A DNA stretch of 64,000 bases, from contig OZ025674.1 of NCBI GenBank assembly GCA_964019335.1, forward strand, positions 248,001-312,000, read 5' to 3'. The number at the start of each line of letters is the position of its first letter. Within the stretch, counting starts at the first letter, position 1. Of the stretch, positions 63,773-64,000 are shown in pieces. A program made the translations under genes and the position numbers. The notes beneath the pieces were generated by a model. It was not told where the DNA came from. It saw nothing but the letters and a program-made list of their open reading frames with translations, and did not search any database. Origin of the DNA: Diplonema japonicum (taxonomy: Eukaryota > Protista > Euglenozoa: Diplonemea).

Positions 63773-64000
63773 GAAAAGCTTAAAAGGACATCGGGCCTTT
63801 TATTTATTTGCTGCTTGCAGCTTCGTGTCATACACGAATTTTGTGAGAACGGGGGGGAGGGGGTACAAAAAATAGACAGAAAAAAAAAAAGAAGAAGAAC
63901 ACACGCACTGCAGCCGAACTTCTTGCCTTTTGTTTAGAATAAAAGTGCAACAATAGAATATTTCCCTTTTTTTTTCCCCCTATGCCAGACCACTGTGTGG

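Overview
Eukaryotic genomic DNA, most likely a diplonemid (Euglenozoa). The evidence is a 38-nt diplonemid/kinetoplastid-type spliced-leader (SL) sequence at 5662-5699 and about 27 protein genes all on the + strand (polycistron-like). Polypyrimidine+AG signals lie upstream of several start codons, and about 27 short GT-AG cis-introns could be placed by restoring reading frames. Recognisable genes include a STE/MAP3K-like kinase, a B-box protein, a nucleotide-sugar transporter, CTF8, a GT23-like fucosyltransferase, two cytidylate-kinase-like paralogs, an Hpt protein, eIF3e, MCTS1, a PDK/BCKDK-family kinase, a DHHC palmitoyltransferase, a sugar porter, a CAP-domain protein, several large surface proteins, two RING/EF-hand paralogs and a tRNA-Lys. 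The most striking observation is a retroposon family whose sense strand ends in a conserved hairpin plus poly(T) rather than poly(A). It sits in poly(T) tracts co-directional with the genes, and one copy starts with a nearly complete SL. Other notable items are an OTU/zinc-finger retroelement relic head-to-head with a tRNA-Lys gene carrying C33, introns whose 3' ends are poly(A) instead of polypyrimidine, two TIR elements inside introns, an antisense SINE-like family, and two gene-conversion mosaics. All family assignments come from motif recognition by eye; no searches were run. A 200-N gap lies at 48594-48793.
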